DNA of 27,353 nt from Candidatus Micrarchaeota archaeon (GCA_037444485.1 JBBIMI010000012.1:1-27353); one strand, 5' to 3'. Shown: positions 9,346 to 18,361, counted from the first letter of the stretch. Made by a program: numbers and translations. The notes: generated by a model not told the origin, from the sequence alone.

Positions 9346-11249
9346 CACAAAACTTTGAAAATCTTGTAATTCTGCCAAGTTTCCGGAAACGTTTCATCAA
9401 AAACCTTCTTGAATGAAGGCGAAGACTCGAAGGCGTTCACGTTCGGGGAAAGCTTTGCTTCAGGCGGCCCAATGAAAACGTAATTCACGCCATACTTCTT
9501 TAAAACTCTGCAGTCAGCAGTCGCGTAAGCGAACTTCACGTCCTGCTCTCGCGCTCCGTAATTCAAGCCGTGACTCCACAACCAACCAACGAAACCCATG
9601 ACGATTTGCCTGCCTGCAATAGAGTCAACCAAGTGATTATGCGCGTCGCTCGTCAAGAAAACCGCGTTCGCAGGAGTGTTTTCACGAATCCATTCCGCAA
9701 CCCGCAAGTCGCTCGCTGAAAAAACTTCGTAACGCGCGTTTACGCCAACGCTCACCCACAAGATTGAAAGCACGCCAGAACCAATTGCTAGAATAACGAG
9801 GACGACCGCCAAAGCCTTAAAGCTGAACGCGCGCACTCCCGAAATCTTTTTCTTTCCAACACGCCCAACCTCAAAAATCTTGGCTACCGCCATCGCAGCG
9901 AAAATCGATGCAAACAAACTCCAATGCATGAAAACCTTGTAATTATCCCAATCCCACGTTTGAAAACGCAGCACGTTGCCGGCGAGAAACAAGGCCAGAA
10001 AAAAAGCGAAGAAAACCAGTTGCCGTGGTTTGGCGAACGCCAGCGCGGCGAGCGACAACACTAACACTAGCCAGCCGTTCTTCACCCAAAACATTACTAA
10101 GCTAAAAAACGGTTTGCCTTCGTTTGAAGCAATCCAACCCAAGTGCGCGCTGAAGGTTGCAAGCGTTACTTGTTGACTCATCCAAAGCATTTGCGGAACA
10201 GTTAGCAACGCAGCTGGAATAATCAAACAAAGCCAAGCGCGCGTGGGCTTGTTGAAAAACGAGAATGCGGCGACCACGCCAGCTGCGAGGAAGGAATGCG
10301 CGTGCGTTAAAGGCAGCAAACCGAAAAAAAGTCCCGCAAGGAGAAACTCTCGCTTTCGCTGCCGACCCGCCGGGTCAAACGCATTCCTCCACAACAATAA
10401 GTAAACAACTACCGCTGCGGTAAAGCCGAGCAGCGCGCTGCGTTCAGGAACGAAAACCGCGTAAACAACGTTCAAGAAAAACAAGCCGCGCGGCTCGTCA
10501 TGCGAGTAATCCTGCGCAGGCTGCAACAACACACCCGGATTCTGTAATGCGTCACCCAACGCGTTCATTATTCCCGCGTTACCGTTAAACAAGAAAAACA
10601 ATAATGTGAGCGCCGCGATTTTGTTTGAAGACGAGAATTCCTTCGCCAAACAAAACAAGAACACTACTAAAGCGAAAAACAATGCGATGTTCGAAAACCA
10701 AAGCGCTTCCCGCAAACCAAAACCACCCTTAACGAGAACAGCCGTGAAAAAATCTGTTACGAACGGGTAAGCCAATGGCGAGCCTTCAAGCACAGGATAC
10801 TGGGGTGGAAAATTATTCCGCAAAACAAAAGAATTCACGAGCGAGATGTGCAGCGGATAATCACCCCAAACATTTACAACCGCGCTCCAACCCCCGCGGC
10901 CGTCATCAAACAACACTGCAAAAAAATTCAGCGCCACATAAACCAAGACGACAGCCGCAACCAAAACCAAAACACTGCGGGACGGCCATTTCATCTGCTT
11001 GCTTTCGCTCTCAACAAACAAAACCACGCCTAACGCAAACAAAACCCCGATTACAGAAAAAATAGACGCGCCGCCCAAACCACTGAAAACAAACCAAGAA
11101 AACGCTAGCGCAACCCAAGAAGCGCAAAGAAAGCCGAAAAAAACGGCGAAAGCAATGCGTTTAAGCCAATCGTCGATAAACTCGAAAAAACGGCTTGCAG
11201 CATAGCCGAAGAAGACCGCTGCGGCGACGAAAACGAGTGCGAGAATCAA
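9342..11249 (-). CDS. Large GT-C-fold membrane protein (putative glycosyltransferase)
   Basis: Many TM helices, WGDYPLH, YPF, and C-terminal AEWIRENTP...FLT...KYGVNY. AGGAG SD precedes the TTG start. Confidence 0.75.
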   Translation of the reverse strand: MILALVFVAAAVFFGYAASRFFEFIDDWLKRIAFAVFFGFLCASWVALAFSWFVFSGLGGASIFSVIGVLFALGVVLFVESESKQMKWPSRSVLVLVAAVVLVYVALNFFAVLFDDGRGGWSAVVNVWGDYPLHISLVNSFVLRNNFPPQYPVLEGSPLAYPFVTDFFTAVLVKGGFGLREALWFSNIALFFALVVFLFCLAKEFSSSNKIAALTLLFFLFNGNAGIMNALGDALQNPGVLLQPAQDYSHDEPRGLFFLNVVYAVFVPERSALLGFTAAVVVYLLLWRNAFDPAGRQRKREFLLAGLFFGLLPLTHAHSFLAAGVVAAFSFFNKPTRAWLCLIIPAALLTVPQMLWMSQQVTLATFSAHLGWIASNEGKPFFSLVMFWVKNGWLVLVLSLAALAFAKPRQLVFFAFFLALFLAGNVLRFQTWDWDNYKVFMHWSLFASIFAAMAVAKIFEVGRVGKKKISGVRAFSFKALAVVLVILAIGSGVLSILWVSVGVNARYEVFSASDLRVAEWIRENTPANAVFLTSDAHNHLVDSIAGRQIVMGFVGWLWSHGLNYGAREQDVKFAYATADCRVLKKYGVNYVFIGPPEAKLSPNVNAFESSPSFKKVFDETFPETWQNYKIFKVLC

Positions 11250-11304
11250 TTCAAACTCCTGTGCGAGCGTAAAAGGTGCAAGCGTAAAAGCGCGGAAGCG
11301 GAAA

Positions 11305-11470
11305 CGGGCCCAGTGGGATTCGAACCCACGAACCTACTGGTTTCCCCCAAAAGGAAAACCATTTGTTTTCCGTCAAGACCGAAGCGTCGCCTTCCCACCA
11401 AACCCCTTTCTCGCAACGAAAAAGAGTTTGTCCGGAACCAGTCGCTCTATCCTGACTGAGCTATGGGCCC
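11305..11470 (-). tRNA. tRNA-Arg(CCG) with a canonical 37/38 intron
   Basis: GGGCCCA/TGGGCCC acceptor stem, ACTGG/CCAGT anticodon stem and GTGGG-TTCGAAT-CCCAC T arm. Confidence 0.93.
11342..11431 (-). other. tRNA-Arg BHB intron, 90 nt (37/38)
   Basis: Central helix TTCC/GGGG, bulges GG|A and AA|A, inner helix CAAA/TTTG. Confidence 0.9.
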
Positions 11471-11557
11471 ACTCACTAGATTTTGTCTAGAGAACATTTT
11501 AAAGAAAGCGGTAGCCATAACTTTATTGTAAAACGCTCCGATCGTCTAGTCCGGTCA

Positions 11558-11605
11558 AAGCTTTTCTTTAAGAAAGAAAACCTTGAAAAGGAAAAGCGCG
11601 CCGAA
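11558..11605 (+). other. tRNA-Glu D-loop intron, 48 nt (about 20b/21), carrying the shared motif
   Basis: Central helix CGGT/GCCG, bulges CA|A and AA|A. The intron begins AAGCTTTTC. Confidence 0.85.
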
Positions 11606-11622
11606 AGGACGCAGGCCTCTCA

Positions 11623-11736
11623 ACAAGCTTTTCTTGGAAAGAAAGAAAACCTTGAAAAAAAGAAAAAAGTTTTGAAAAAAGAAAAAAGTTTTTCTTTTGA
11701 AAGAAAAAGAACATAAAATCTTGAAAAAACAGGGAA
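11623..11736 (+). other. tRNA-Glu anticodon-loop intron, 114 nt (37/38), carrying the shared motif
   Basis: Central helix CTCT/AGGG, bulges CA|A and AA|A. Confidence 0.88.
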
Positions 11737-11888
11737 AGCCTGCAACCCGGGTTCAAATCCCGGTCGGAGCACTTTTATAGATTGATTTCGTTTCGCTCGC
11801 GCTCACCGCCTTGATGTTCGCAGTTGCTTGACAAAATCACGTCACGAGTGGAACGCTTAATGTCGAGCTAATGGCTAAGCGAAAAAAA

Positions 11889-12797
11889 TTAATGCTTTTT
11901 CTTTCCGGCGGCCTTTCGCCTGCCTTTAATTCGCACGGCGCGTCCGACCGGCTCGCCTGAAAGCTCAAACAAAGCGCTGGAAAAAAATCCAGCGTTGAAA
12001 ACAGTAATGAAAGAAAGTCCAAACAGCAAAATCGCTACGGAAATAACTCCAAGCACTGCAAACAAAACGATTTTTGAAGCCAGCGTCGCAAGCGACGCGA
12101 TTGCGAGCAGAAAAGTTGCCGCAAGCGGCAGCGAAGCTACTATGATTACCGCCAGCAGTACGACTAGATAACCAAGGAATGCGAGCAGCACGCCGCCTGG
12201 CTTGCGCGCGAACAAACGCACGCTCTCACGCACTGACGAGATAATGCTAGAATTTTTAACTAATAAAAAGAATTGCGCAAACAAAAAAACTAAAGTGATT
12301 ACAATGCTTACAAGAAACAAGAAAATTCCGTAAAGCACCACGCCTACGACGGGAATTAAAAACAAAACTGCTAAAATAACTTGCGCGATTGCGCTCGCAA
12401 CCCAACTCAGCAAGCCAACCAAAACCGACAAAACAATGAATGCAGGCAAACGCGTTAAACCCTCACTCAAACAAACACTGAACGACTTGCGCTCGCGCTT
12501 CAACACGCCGGCTGCGGAACGCACCATTCCAGCAAACAACCACAAATACGCGAGAAAAAACACTAACGCCAACAACGCGAACACAAGCAGAAAAGCTAGA
12601 CCCGTGCCAACAAACTGCGGAAGCAACTGCGCGAAACCCTCGACCAACGCGCTACGCGCTAGCCCGCCAAGCGAACTCTTAACAACAGCTAGAAAACCTA
12701 ACGCCAGCGCGCCTAACGCTAGCAAGGCGAGCGCGTAGAAAGCGAAGAAAACGCCCACGCGCTTCGCGTCGAAAGCAAAGTTTTTCGCAAAAACCAA
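11889..12797 (-). CDS. Hypothetical integral membrane protein
   Basis: 302-aa ORF with about 6-7 long hydrophobic helices and a basic C-terminal tail. Confidence 0.75.
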   Translation of the reverse strand: MVFAKNFAFDAKRVGVFFAFYALALLALGALALGFLAVVKSSLGGLARSALVEGFAQLLPQFVGTGLAFLLVFALLALVFFLAYLWLFAGMVRSAAGVLKRERKSFSVCLSEGLTRLPAFIVLSVLVGLLSWVASAIAQVILAVLFLIPVVGVVLYGIFLFLVSIVITLVFLFAQFFLLVKNSSIISSVRESVRLFARKPGGVLLAFLGYLVVLLAVIIVASLPLAATFLLAIASLATLASKIVLFAVLGVISVAILLFGLSFITVFNAGFFSSALFELSGEPVGRAVRIKGRRKAAGKKKH

Positions 12798-12821
12798 GTG
12801 CTTAGATAAATTCGTTTTGAA

Positions 12822-13460
12822 TCACCTCTTCAAAACACCGTACGGCTTAAACAGCTTTTTGTAAACAGCAGCACGCACTTCAGGAGGCAAACGCCGAATC
12901 GGCATTACCTCCTTTGGATGGTACGCCTTCCCCTGTTTTAAAATGTTCAGAATTTCTTCACGTTTTACATGCTGTAAAACTTCTGGAGAAACTTGAACGT
13001 GTTGAACCTCTGGCTGTGAAACGCGTTCCGAACGCCAACGGGAAAAAGATATTAGGGGGTTTAACAAACGCGCGCCCTCTTTAGCCCCCACGATCTTAAT
13101 CAACTGCCGGTATTCCTTGTTGGGCAAGTCAACGACCACGCCCTGTCCGAAACCATGCCTTCGCGCAAGCGCGCTAGCAAGATCGCCGAATACTGGAACT
13201 TGCCCGAATAAAATAAGCGCGGTCGACTTCAAAACGCCCTTCAAGCCAGCGTGCTTGTAAGTCAAAAGCAGCGGGCTGACGACCGGAATTTCGCCGTAAA
13301 GAACCCTTTCGACTTCGCTGGGCGCCTTCCACGCGCCTTGTTTAAGACCGGCTGTTCTGGCCCTAGCGCGTTCCGCAATCAAGCGTCTCAATTCAAGTTC
13401 ATTAATAGCGCGCATATTTGGTGACTGAAACTTTTTCCTAGTTTCAAAAATCTTAGCCAT
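12822..13460 (-). CDS. Hypothetical basic protein
   Basis: 212-aa ATG-initiated ORF filling the gap downstream of the 23S gene. No motif recognised. Confidence 0.6.
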   Translation of the reverse strand: MAKIFETRKKFQSPNMRAINELELRRLIAERARARTAGLKQGAWKAPSEVERVLYGEIPVVSPLLLTYKHAGLKGVLKSTALILFGQVPVFGDLASALARRHGFGQGVVVDLPNKEYRQLIKIVGAKEGARLLNPLISFSRWRSERVSQPEVQHVQVSPEVLQHVKREEILNILKQGKAYHPKEVMPIRRLPPEVRAAVYKKLFKPYGVLKR

Positions 13461-13553
13461 AAACTGTTTTTAGCTGGACTGCTTTAAAAAACCGATTTCC
13501 GCACTTAAAGCTCGCGCTGGGAAATAGAAAAATGATTTAGAAGCCGGGAAAAG

Positions 13554-13596
13554 ATTTTTTCGAGCTGTGTAGGCAAAGTGTTCTTTGAGGAGTAGT
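13554..13596 (-). other. 23S pre-rRNA processing stem, 3' arm (pairs with 20374-20420)
   Basis: Pairings AGCTGTGTAGG/CCTACACAGCT, GTGTTC/GAACAC and GAGGAGTAGT/ACTACTCCTC. BHB with central TTCG/CGAA and bulges TGA and AAA. Confidence 0.8.
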
Positions 13597-13782
13597 TTCT
13601 TTAAACGAAACCATTTAACTCTAAATTTTTTTGTTTTCTGGTTTCGAATAAAGATTGCGGTCTTTAGTAACGGTAAGCTCACGCCTCGCCTTGCGGCTTG
13701 ACGCTTACACTCCCGTCCTATCAAACGAGTCTGCTTGCTCGCGACCTAAGCTGCCTCGTTTTAGGCATGACTTCGTCCTTAG

Positions 13783-13829
13783 TTAGGCGGCTTTTCTTTG
13801 CTAGGGTTTTCTTCATTAAAGAAAAACCT
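13783..13829 (-). other. 23S intron ~2754/2755, 47 nt, shared-motif variant
   Basis: BHB AGGC/GCCT, bulges AT|A and AA|C. Splicing restores GAAGGCATCTAAG. Confidence 0.9.
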
Positions 13830-13920
13830 ATGCCTTCAGGACTTATTCAAAAGGCGCGTGGCTACCCTGCGTCCCGACAGAGAGCAGGTAAACTAGAGGC
13901 GCCGATTCCCCGTTCCTCTC

Positions 13921-14067
13921 TAAAGCCGAAAAACAAGCCGTACTAAAAAAGATTAAAAAAGCGCTTGCGCGTCTGTTGACGAAACGAAAATTCCGCTTTC
14001 ATCGCATTTCTGCTAGGCGCGCCATCCAACGCGTGACACGCTTTTTCTTCAAAGGCTTGTTCCTCGC
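13921..14067 (-). other. 23S intron 2658/2659 in the sarcin-ricin loop, 147 nt
   Basis: BHB AAGT/GCTT, bulges AC|G and TA|G, 13-bp inner helix. Splicing restores AGTACGAGAGGAAC. Confidence 0.92.
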
Positions 14068-14105
14068 GTACTTAGAGAACCTTACCTTCAGGCAGCCAAA
14101 CACTT

Positions 14106-14771
14106 CTAGGAGATGCCACCGAACTGTCTCGCGACGTTCTGATTCTGGGACGCACAGGGCTGTAAAATATTCTTCAATTTTTGGGCTTTTTCGGGATGAG
14201 CAAAGCCGATTTTTTCCATGAACAAAATGACTGATTTTCTTTCTCGTATTATGACTAAAAACTGTTGCTTTTTAGCACTGTAAAAAAACTTGGCTTTTAT
14301 TTCCATAGCGTTCAAAAAATTGTAAATCCACTCTGAAATACTCTTGTTCTTCACCCACAACATTATTTCTGGCGTGAAGTAAGCCTTGCCATTTTCTATG
14401 TGCACATCTCTGCTTACGCTGCCTTCGCCTGCAAACCACCCGCGAATATAATCAATCTGATCAGCTTCATCAAGATTAGAAGGCGGAATTATTGTTTCAG
14501 CCTTCTTGCCGACCGGAATCGCATATTCTTTTGTTAGTTTCTGAGAAATTGCTTTGTCATATACATAAACGACGTACTTTGTCTTGTTACTGAATCCGGT
14601 TTTGCTTAAGTAAACAGATGGCTTTTTCGAAGTCACTTGCTCCAGCAAAGGAATCACTATTTCATCGACGAAACGTTTGCTGGAATTTATTACTTTTATT
14701 CCGCAACCATCCCGCTCTAAGTGACCGTCACTTGCAACAATGCCTGCAACGAGACTTATTGCCTTGCTCAC
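14106..14771 (-). CDS. Two-motif LAGLIDADG homing endonuclease
   Basis: LVAGIVASDG and YIRGWFAGEGS motifs, C-terminal IGFAHPEK. The linear ORF runs 37 nt into the exon. Confidence 0.9.
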   Translation of the reverse strand: MSKAISLVAGIVASDGHLERDGCGIKVINSSKRFVDEIVIPLLEQVTSKKPSVYLSKTGFSNKTKYVVYVYDKAISQKLTKEYAIPVGKKAETIIPPSNLDEADQIDYIRGWFAGEGSVSRDVHIENGKAYFTPEIMLWVKNKSISEWIYNFLNAMEIKAKFFYSAKKQQFLVIIRERKSVILFMEKIGFAHPEKAQKLKNILQPCASQNQNVARQFGGIS

Positions 14772-14804
14772 AAAAGACCAGCCTTATGGAAGCTCTATGC
14801 GTCT
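14143..14804 (-). mobile_element. 23S intron 2584/2585, 662 nt, encoding a homing endonuclease
   Basis: BHB TTGG/CCAG, bulges GT|A and AA|T. Splicing restores GTTGGGTTCAGAAC. Confidence 0.92.
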
Positions 14805-14911
14805 ACCCAACTAACGTGGCTTTTTAATGGATGAACAACCCAACCCTTGGCGGCTCCTGCACCGCCAGGATAAGCCGAGCCGATAGCGATGTACCAAACC
14901 GCGTGGTCGAT

Positions 14912-15080
14912 TTATTCTCGAACCCACTCGCTTAGCTCCTAGCCACGTCGTTAAGTCGCGTTCGATTCTCCCCTTAACTAGTGTCTTTGTAGGACATTCT
15001 AGAAAGAGAGAAACTAGACGACCCAAAGACGCGTTTGGATAACCAATCGAATTTAAAAAAACGATTGGAGCGAGTTCGTA
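14912..15080 (-). other. 23S intron ~2477/2478 (H89 loop), 169 nt
   Basis: BHB GTTC/GAAT, bulges AT|T and AA|A. Splicing restores GAGTTCATATCGAC. Confidence 0.88.
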
Positions 15081-15107
15081 ATGAACTCTCGCACGCGACG
15101 AGCCTGT

Positions 15108-15205
15108 ATGGAGTTCCGTCAATAACATGATAACGACTACCGTAATCACGCTTTTAAACTTGGCGCGACCACGGTGCCGGTGAAATCACTAGTTGTTGAC
15201 GAAAT
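15108..15205 (-). other. 23S intron 2450/2451 (PTC), 98 nt
   Basis: BHB GGGG/CTCC, bulges TA|A and AT|A. Splicing restores GGGGTAACAGG. Confidence 0.9.
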
Positions 15206-15294
15206 TACCCCCGGGGTAGCTTGTCTGTCAGAACGAGCCCTCATTAAAAGGGACTTCGTTGTTCGTTAAGCCCTGCTTTCGCATCTGCGACCCA

Positions 15295-15435
15295 TCTAAC
15301 CAGCTTTTTCTTTCAAAAAATTTCTTTTTCAATGTTTTCCTTTTTCTTTCTTTTCCAAGGTTTTTTCTTTTCCCAAAAGAAAAAAAGCTTCTTTCTTTTC
15401 CAAGGTTTTCTTTCTTTCCAAGAAAGAAAAGCTTT
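15295..15435 (-). other. 23S intron ~2360, 141 nt, with two tandem copies of the shared motif
   Basis: BHB TAAC/GTTA, bulges AA|A and GA|T, outer helix GACCC/GGGTC. Motif units at 15391-15434 and 15346-15390. Confidence 0.85.
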
Positions 15436-15510
15436 TTGTTAGGGTCACAGTCAGGCCAACATTTGTCTTTAACCCTCTACAGCCGATTTCTGACCGGCTT
15501 GAGTTGACCT

Positions 15511-16429
15511 ATGTCCAGTTTAAAAGCTTTCAAAAAAAAAATTTAATGTCCTCTAGATTCGTGAAAACAATCGCGGGCAAACCAATAAAGTAATGCTTCA
15601 GGTTCGGGTAAGTGTAAACCAAAATGCGGTAACCTGCACTAGAAAAAACCGTTATTTTTTCTTTCATGCGTTTCACATGCGGCTTCCAATCAAAACCAAA
15701 AACTTCGATTACTAAACGCTTCGAAGGCAAGAAAAAGTCAGGGTAAAAACCCAGCAACTCACGCTCGTACTCGAAAACGCAAACCAAGCCGCGACAACAA
15801 TTTCGCCACTTCCAACTCTTTGAAGCTGCGAAACTTTTCACCGCGAAAAACAATCTTGCTCTTGAAAGAGCGGCGGAACGCTTTCCTGCGTTGGCGCGCC
15901 ATTTTTTCAGGCGGACAGCTTTGAATTGATTTTCTGCCGCCCAGTTTTCCTAAAATATGGTAGCAATTCGCGCCGAATTTTTTCTTCAAAGCCGACTTGA
16001 TTGAATTACGCCATTTTTCGCGAAGTGTCTTGTCGCGCATCAAACGCTTTTTAAGTGTTTTCATGCCGCGCTGCCCAAGTTTTTTACTCCACTCGCTTCC
16101 AAACTTTTTTTTCAAAGCCGAAACGCCTTTCTCGCTTGCGTGCCGTAAAAACGACCGCAAGTCGAAAGTCAAGTAACACCCCGCTTTCAAGGGAATACTG
16201 AATTCGTCAGACCATTTTTCGAGTAGCGAAAAAGGAACCGAGCGTTTTGCTCGAACCCAGAGTTTGAGGCACTCGTAAGACACTCCGAGCTTCTTCGCCA
16301 GGTTGAACAGCGTTTCGCAGCCGGTTTTTTCCTGAAGGCGTTTAAAGAACGCTTTCGAACAATCGGCATTCTTGAATTTGGCTCGCTTTGACTCCACGAA
16401 ATCTAGAGGACTCCTAGGCTTTTAAACTT
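15511..16429 (-). mobile_element. 23S intron ~2287/2288, 919 nt, encoding a nuclease
   Basis: BHB GTCC/GGAC, bulges AA|A and AT|A, 11-bp inner helix. Splicing restores GCGTCCAAAGGTC. Confidence 0.9.
15530..16397 (-). pseudogene. Frameshifted HTH + PD-(D/E)XK-type endonuclease
   Basis: ORFs 15759..16397 and 15530..15853 join if one T is removed near 15775, giving LGLRFEYERELLGFYPDFFL...VIEVFG. N-terminal HTH LAKKLGVSYECLKLW. Confidence 0.75.
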
Positions 16430-16739
16430 TTGGACGCCTTTGTTTTCTTATCGAAGGCGTGCCGCCCCAGCCAAACCACCCACCTGCAGCTGTCCCCTTT
16501 CAGGTTAGCAACGCAGTCAAAAAATAGCAGTGTCACACTTTCGCTTATTTGCGTCCCGAAAGACGCAACGTAACGGCTCCTGCTTACTCTTTGATCTTTC
16601 AACCGTGCCACAACAACAGGCTGTGGTTAAGCTCCACGGGGTCTTCGTTTCCCCCTAGAAGTCCTCGGCATGTTCACCGAGTAGTAGGTTCACCAGGTCT
16701 AAAGCAGGGACAGTGGGACGCTCGTTACGCCATTCATGC

Positions 16740-17461
16740 TTCGGCAGAAAGCGCTTAACAAAAAATTAAAAGCTGCGCAAGTCTCTCTTCTTTCTCTCGT
16801 GCTTTAATGGCATACACTCATAAAACCGCAATAGGTTTTTCTTTCCCGTCAACGCGAGTTCGTCAGAATCATGCAATTGAGACTTTACGTCAATCTTATC
16901 GAGAACATTCTTAACGAACTCTAGCGGTTGTTGCCACCAGCATGTTTGCAGCGGAAAGACGCACAAGCTTGAATGGTCTTGGTTTTACCATTCGCGAATT
17001 TGGCTGCATTCCTGCAACCCCCTTCAGAATCGTAGAAGCCAGCAACGTACTCCAACTGCAAATTTGCAGTTTCAACCAGAGCTGGCGTACGCCAGTAAAG
17101 CTGGTCTCCTGGATTGTAAAAACAGGCTAGCAATTCATAAACTTTTTTTGAATAGAGTTTCAACTTGTAGCAATCACGCTTGCTTTTCTTGTCCTTCACC
17201 AAATACGTTTTGAACTTATGCTCTGGCAAGTCAAACTCGGATGCCGCCATTTTAGTCACGGTTCGTAACGTTCGTAACTATTCTACTCTCGGGTCGGTTG
17301 CAAGCGTCAGTTCTTTCTTTAAACCGCATTTGGGTAAAGAATCATTCGCAATGCGCCGAGCAAGTAGAATAAGTTTTTGGTTATCATGCTGCAAGCACGA
17401 AATGCCTGCTTAAAAACTTTAGGAGGGCTCAATGCCGGTAAATTGTTTGAAGCGCTTTCTT
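16740..17461 (-). mobile_element. 23S intron ~1963/1964, 722 nt, with a decayed homing endonuclease
   Basis: BHB CGGC/GCCG, bulges TT|A and AA|G, 11-bp inner helix. Splicing restores GGCGGCTTGCATG. Confidence 0.9.
16766..17387 (-). pseudogene. LAGLIDADG pseudogene
   Basis: MITKNLFYLLGALR, then a frameshift (~17345), an in-frame TAG (17280), a 9-bp duplication (17261-17278), YVAGFYDSEG and a second frameshift (~16930). Confidence 0.85.
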
Positions 17462-17505
17462 AAGCCGCCAATTAAGCGGCGAGGTATTACGCTACCTTAA
17501 GAGAG

Positions 17506-17550
17506 GTCTCCACGTAGTCCTGCGAGTAAAAATTAGCGCAGGAATTCGTT
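17506..17550 (-). other. 23S intron 1919/1920 (H69 loop), 45 nt
   Basis: BHB CTCT/GGAG, bulges GA|A and AC|C. Splicing restores GTAACTCTGACTCTCTTAAGG. Confidence 0.9.
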
Positions 17551-17696
17551 TCAGAGTTACTCCCGCTCTTTAGCAGTCCTTAGACACGTTGAAGCGTGCT
17601 TTGAGATACTGCCAGTGAGCAGGCGTCAGCTTCCGTACTCAGCCTTTCGACTTTGCGGAAACCTGTGTTTTTGTTAAACAGTCGACGTCCCCTTGT

Positions 17697-17877
17697 TTAC
17701 AGCCCCCTTCAAAGACGCGCAAAATGGTAATTTAGTCAGGCGCTATCAACCTCATCACTAAAAAAGAAGCTTTTTCTTTCAAAAAAATTTCTTTTCCAAG
17801 TTTTTCTTTTTTTCAAGAAAGAAAAGCTTGTTCAGAGGTTGTTCAAACGCTCATCACTCTTTGCCTTTGTCGGGAGT
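17697..17877 (-). other. 23S intron ~1758/1759, 181 nt, with the shared motif internal at 17767-17829
   Basis: BHB GCAG/CTGT, bulges TA|A and AA|A. Splicing restores GCAGTAACAAGG. Confidence 0.88.
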
Positions 17878-18031
17878 TACTGCGACCTACGAACCCTCCC
17901 GTTGATGTAATCTCTGGGAAAGAATGTAGGCACCCCTTCTTCCGAAGTTACGGGGCTATTTTGCCGAATTCCCTTGCTTTAGTTCTCCTGCCACGCCTTA
18001 GCTTCCTCTGCTAGGGCCACCAGTACTGGTT

Positions 18032-18075
18032 TTACCGAACCTGCAGTAGACAAAAAATTAACTACTTTTAGGCTT
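18032..18075 (-). other. 23S intron ~1608/1609, 44 nt
   Basis: BHB ACCG/CGGT, bulges AG|A and AA|A. Splicing restores CCGTACCGAGAACC. Confidence 0.88.
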
Positions 18076-18361
18076 CTCGGTACGGTCGCGTGAAATACTT
18101 CCCACACTTTTTTCATGGAGTCGTGGATTCAACCCAACCCCTTGCGGGGCTATTCCCGGCTTACGCGAATGCTCCTCGTTACGAGACTTCTTCGCGTTAG
18201 TCCAAGTTAAACAGCGTGTTACACTGCTGGGCCTATCCCCAACTGTCTAGTGAATGGGCTTGCGTTGCCGCACGCATTCACGCGGCACGCGATTATTAAC
18301 GCGTTTCCCTTTCCCCAATCGCGGTTGCGCTTAGGGTTAGGACCGGCTTACTCTTGGTCGA

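Larger units (their letters stand above)
11535..11771 (+). tRNA. tRNA-Glu(CTC) with two introns
   Basis: GCTCCGA/TCGGAGC acceptor stem, CAGGC/GCCTG anticodon stem, CCGGG-TTCAAAT-CCCGG T arm. The spliced product is a normal archaeal tRNA-Glu. Confidence 0.92.

Noticed and set aside
11483..11756. Lys- or Phe-rich ORFs across tRNA-Glu, and similar ones at 15259, 18250 and 20560
   Set aside because: They are translations of the low-complexity intron motif and overlap RNA genes.
12436..12738. Asn/Ala-rich plus-strand ORF, and similar antisense ORFs at 10775-11205
   Set aside because: They are antisense shadows of hydrophobic membrane-protein genes.
13461..13650. 5S rRNA downstream of the 23S gene
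   Set aside because: The region is accounted for by the processing-stem arm and shows no 5S motifs. An unlinked 5S is common in archaea.
17888..17925. Possible 17th 23S intron in the H63 region
   Set aside because: No convincing BHB. It folds as a simple variable hairpin, and the mature length is already normal without removing it.
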